NCBI GenBank assembly: GCA_951804945.1
Contig: OX638158.1
Coordinates: 54,498,001 to 54,562,000, forward strand
Reading direction: 5' to 3'
Length of the DNA: 64,000 nucleotides
From: Podarcis cretensis
Taxonomy: Eukaryota
Shown here: piece by piece, positions 62,681-64,000 of the stretch
Numbering within the stretch: the stretch's first letter is position 1
Layout: each line of letters opens with the position of its first letter
Made by a program: the position numbers and the translations under genes
Notes under the pieces: model-generated
Database searches by the model: none
Told to the model about the DNA's origin: nothing
The model's input: only the letters and a program-made list of their open reading frames with translations

Positions 62681-63972
62681 AAAGCCATCCAAATTAGCAG
62701 CCATTCCTATGCCTTTAGGTAGCAAATTCTATAGTTTTGTTTTGTGTGAAGTGGTTCCTTTTGTCTTTCGTTCTTCCTGCACAGTTTCAATGGAAATCTA
62801 TACTGAATTATAGTTATGCTCAAACTTTTCAATTGGTATAATATTGTTCGTAATGCTCTGCAAATTTGTAGTACTAACTGCCTTGGTTCTATTGTACTTG
62901 TATTGCCTCTATTTATACAATATTTCCAAAGGACTATTTTAGAATTGCAATATATTTTTTAACCTTCAAAAGATTGCTTTGTTGCAATTTCTTAATAAGA
63001 GAATTAAAATGTTTAAAACCAACTTTTTGGATGTTTATCAGTATTATAGGTCTTTTCTGCAAGTTGATGGAATAGAGGTTGAAAATTGGTTAAGCTGATG
63101 ATATAGAAATATTACTAGGTAACTCTTCAAAGAATTTTAAGCACACACTAAAGTGGAATGAGATATAATACAAGGTGGAAATGCAACTTAACACTTTCTC
63201 AAAACGCTGACACTTCTGATAGTGGCACATTGTCTTAAAGTTGCAATCTTGACATCTCCCTGACACTGGTGTTACTGCACATTCTCAGGTGAAAGCCGAG
63301 GGGCACATTTGAGTTGATACAATGAGGAAGTCTTGTTCCTTTATATAAAATAATAGTACAATGCAGAACTAAAAATTGAAAGTCACTATGTAGGGTTTAT
63401 ATATTTAATTTGTATCTGAAGAATAAAATTTCCTTTTAAAAATATATATTTTAACATTTTCTCTCATGGAAACCTTATAAACCAATTGCCACAAGAAGTA
63501 GTGCTGACTTTAAAAAATGGTTAGATAGATAAAAGTCATAGCTCACATGGAAGGGAAGCAGAGTACAAAGGAATTTTGAAGATGCTCTCTTTTGCTCCCA
63601 CCCCTGTTGCCATGCAGCTTATTCCCGCTTCCTGTGTGTTCAGGGCCAATATGTACAGAGGGGTTCATGCTATACTCACCCAGGGTTCTAGATTGCAGGG
63701 GGAGCCTACACAAGGACACCCCCAAAATAGTGATCTCGGGGGAAGGGCTGCCTCGATTTGATGTGTGTCATTTAACCTTCATTAACCCTGCTGAATAGTC
63801 AATAAGCAGTAGGTTGGTTGATTCAGGATACACAACCAACGGCCACTAAAAACCTGCTGGGACTGTAATCAATAAAACTGTGGCCTGTTCAAATCCCAAG
63901 TGGTTATCCTGTGTTGTTGCAACTTCACCATGCCTTGGCCTGATCATAATCAATGAAACAGAAGGGATAGAT

Positions 63973-64000
63973 CAGGCTTCCTCAACCTCGGCCCTCGAAA
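63973..64000. mobile_element. start of a hAT MITE truncated by the window end
   Basis: caggcttcctcaacctcggccctc matches the family TIR. Confidence 0.55.

Larger units (their letters stand above)
51527..64000 (+). other. FOXP2: FOXP2 intron downstream of the exon-3 ortholog (3' end lies outside the window)
   Basis: Starts GTTAGT. No exon-4-like (VPVSVAMMTPQ...) sequence was seen. Confidence 0.85.

Noticed and set aside
1-64000. CRISPR arrays, operons, tRNA/rRNA genes, prokaryotic systems
   Set aside because: This is vertebrate intronic DNA with no regularly spaced repeat-spacer structure. The tRNA-like pieces are SINE heads.

Overview
This is eukaryotic (vertebrate) genomic DNA, not prokaryotic. 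The repeat families (Sauria-type SINE, Squam-like SINEs, RTE/BovB, L2, CR1, L1, hAT and Tc1/mariner MITEs) point to a squamate, probably a lacertid lizard (inference). The whole window lies inside the FOXP2 gene on the + strand. It holds about 51 kb of the long intron upstream of one 90-nt coding exon (51437-51526, [30 protein letters not shown], orthologous to human FOXP2 exon 3) and about 12.5 kb of the next intron. All other ORFs in the track are spurious or decayed retroelement fragments. The most unusual items are: (i) a 689-bp GC-rich, palindrome-dense insert flanked by a 106-bp direct duplication (4992-5892), which is either a novel insertion or repair product or an assembly artefact; (ii) five odd-length N runs inside unique, conserved-looking sequence, possibly masked ultraconserved elements; (iii) a hAT element with a perfect TSD carrying an RTE fragment; (iv) a locally duplicated ~100-bp unique module with cryptic-exon or C/D-box-like features; (v) near-identical inverted MITEs bracketing the frame-symmetric exon. 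Repeat family names come from recalled consensus features, not from database searches. I found no convincing new multi-component biological system.
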